DNA of 61,810 nucleotides, filler included, from Globobulimina sp. (Eukaryota): NCBI GenBank assembly GCA_003354225.1. It is 12 parts of 12 records of this genome, joined end to end, with 100 filler letters (N's around TTAATTAATTAA, not from the genome) between each part and the next. Parts side by side here need not be neighbours in the genome. Positions count along the whole stretch, not along the records: positions 56,761 to 61,810 come from PIVH01000758.1; 11 more parts are not named here. One strand, 5' to 3'. Shown piece by piece: positions 60,615 to 61,810 of this stretch (position 1 is its first letter; each line of letters starts with the position of its first letter). The notes under the pieces were generated by a model. It saw only the letters and a program-made list of their open reading frames with translations, ran no database searches and was not told where the DNA came from. The position numbers and the translations under genes were made by a program.

Positions 60615-61680
60615 TCAACAGAAATGAGAAATACAATTAACTTCAGGCACAAAAGCGCCATTTTGTTCTGGCTCTGCCTCACTTTCGAACGGGATTTGTG
60701 TGATCTCTTCGGCCGCATTTTCTACCTCGATTTTTGAAACTTGTTCTGTATTTTCGACGGATAATCCACCAATTTCCTGTATTTTATTATCATAATATCC
60801 CACACAAATAACCTGACAGAAAAAAAATACCTGAATAGGTATATCATCGTCCACATCCATTTCATATTTATCACAGATTGGATGTGTTCTGAATGGCGAC
60901 TCATTATCATTTACTTGCACCTCTTTCTCCTCCTCTTCCTCCTTCGCAACATCGCCAATTATGTCTGTCTGCTCATCATCAACATCATGCGGTTGATTTT
61001 GTGCATTTACAGTGGAAGGAAATGGCATTAATTGTTGAATATTTGCCTGTGTATTTTGTTGTGGCTCTACCATCAAATCTGGTGATTGGGTTTCTTCCTC
61101 TTTTTTGCCTTCTTTTTTATTGTCGGTTGGTTTTGGTGAATCATCCACGTCGACATCCATTACTTCTTCCTTTTCCATACTAATGCCATCAACAACAACA
61201 TCTTCATTTGCTTCCATCACTGCCTCCATGACAGCCGCTTCTTTTTCTGGTTCAATTTCCTATGAATAATACAGTTATTTTTTGCGTTGTTTTGTACATA
61301 ATTTACGATGAAATATAACTTGTTGTTGTTGCATATCAGTCGCTTGTTTTACAATTGCCGGCGGTTTTGTTTTTTGTTCTGTTTCGGTTTGATTTGTTTG
61401 CTTTGGCTCTGGCATTGATTTTGAATCTTCATCGCCTGCGTCTTGTTCTTTTTTATCTGATGCTTTTGAGCTTGAATCTGTTTCACAAAAATACGCATAT
61501 TTGTTTTTTAATTTGTACGTTGTGCAATTTTGAGCGTTTCAACATACATACAATCATACCATTCAATCGTCTTTTTTTCGTCGCCGGCGCATCATCGACC
61601 ACTTCTTGTTCATCATCATCAATTTCTAATTTTCTCTTTCTTCCAGCTGCAATTCAGGAGGATTTGACATTTTTTATGTA
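60615..61680 (-). CDS. Acidic low-complexity protein, multi-exon, boundaries uncertain
   Basis: E/D-rich ORF 60615-61229 with further coding-like segments upstream. Confidence 0.45.
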
Positions 61681-61810
61681 AAGAATATTAATACAATTTT
61701 AAACTCAACATATTTGTTTGCATTTTGATGGTTTTGGTGTCGGTGGAAACCCTATTTACAACATATCCGACCTTGGAAACAACCTCTACGAAAACGCATA
61801 ATTACATACC

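Noticed and set aside
706-61681. Numerous short ORFs antisense to or overlapping the long genes, and the repeat-derived ORFs at 35802 and 46846
   Set aside because: They are shadows of biased coding strands or translations of tandem repeats, with no independent motifs.
1-61810. Alternative genetic code as the cause of fragmented ORFs
   Set aside because: Long conserved ORFs read through in the standard code; the breaks are explained by GT-AG introns or small indels.

Overview
This is not one locus. It is 12 unrelated ~5.05-5.07 kb contigs in decreasing length order, joined by 100-bp N-TTAATTAATTAA-N linkers, so adjacency across linkers has no meaning. The DNA is AT-rich and eukaryotic, with short GT-AG introns and the standard code; a protist, possibly a foraminiferan/rhizarian, is my inference only. 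Recognisable genes: HERC-like RCC1 protein, multi-ubiquitin-like protein, AP-1 mu subunit, kelch protein, FHA-RING E3 (RNF8-like), anoctamin-like protein, 5'-nucleotidase, GMC oxidoreductase, SAM methyltransferase and NAPE-PLD. Mobile DNA: two DIRS/Ngaro-type retroelements and the 3' half of a Ty3/Gypsy element. Highlights: (1) an expanded modular family (Cys/His module + ADP-ribosyltransferase-like domain with H-S-E motifs) on 5 of 12 contigs, one copy fused to a 7TM receptor and one to a UBA-like domain; (2) both DIRS/Ngaro-type elements have frame-restoring spliceosomal introns in gag, and the recombinase exon of the first begins at a splice acceptor; (3) a nuclear free-standing double-LAGLIDADG gene with a transit-peptide-like leader; (4) a 43-bp leader shared by two unrelated genes, ending exactly at each ATG; (5) a 95-bp candidate LTR and several hairpin or palindromic repeats. 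All domain calls are by eye; no database searches were run.
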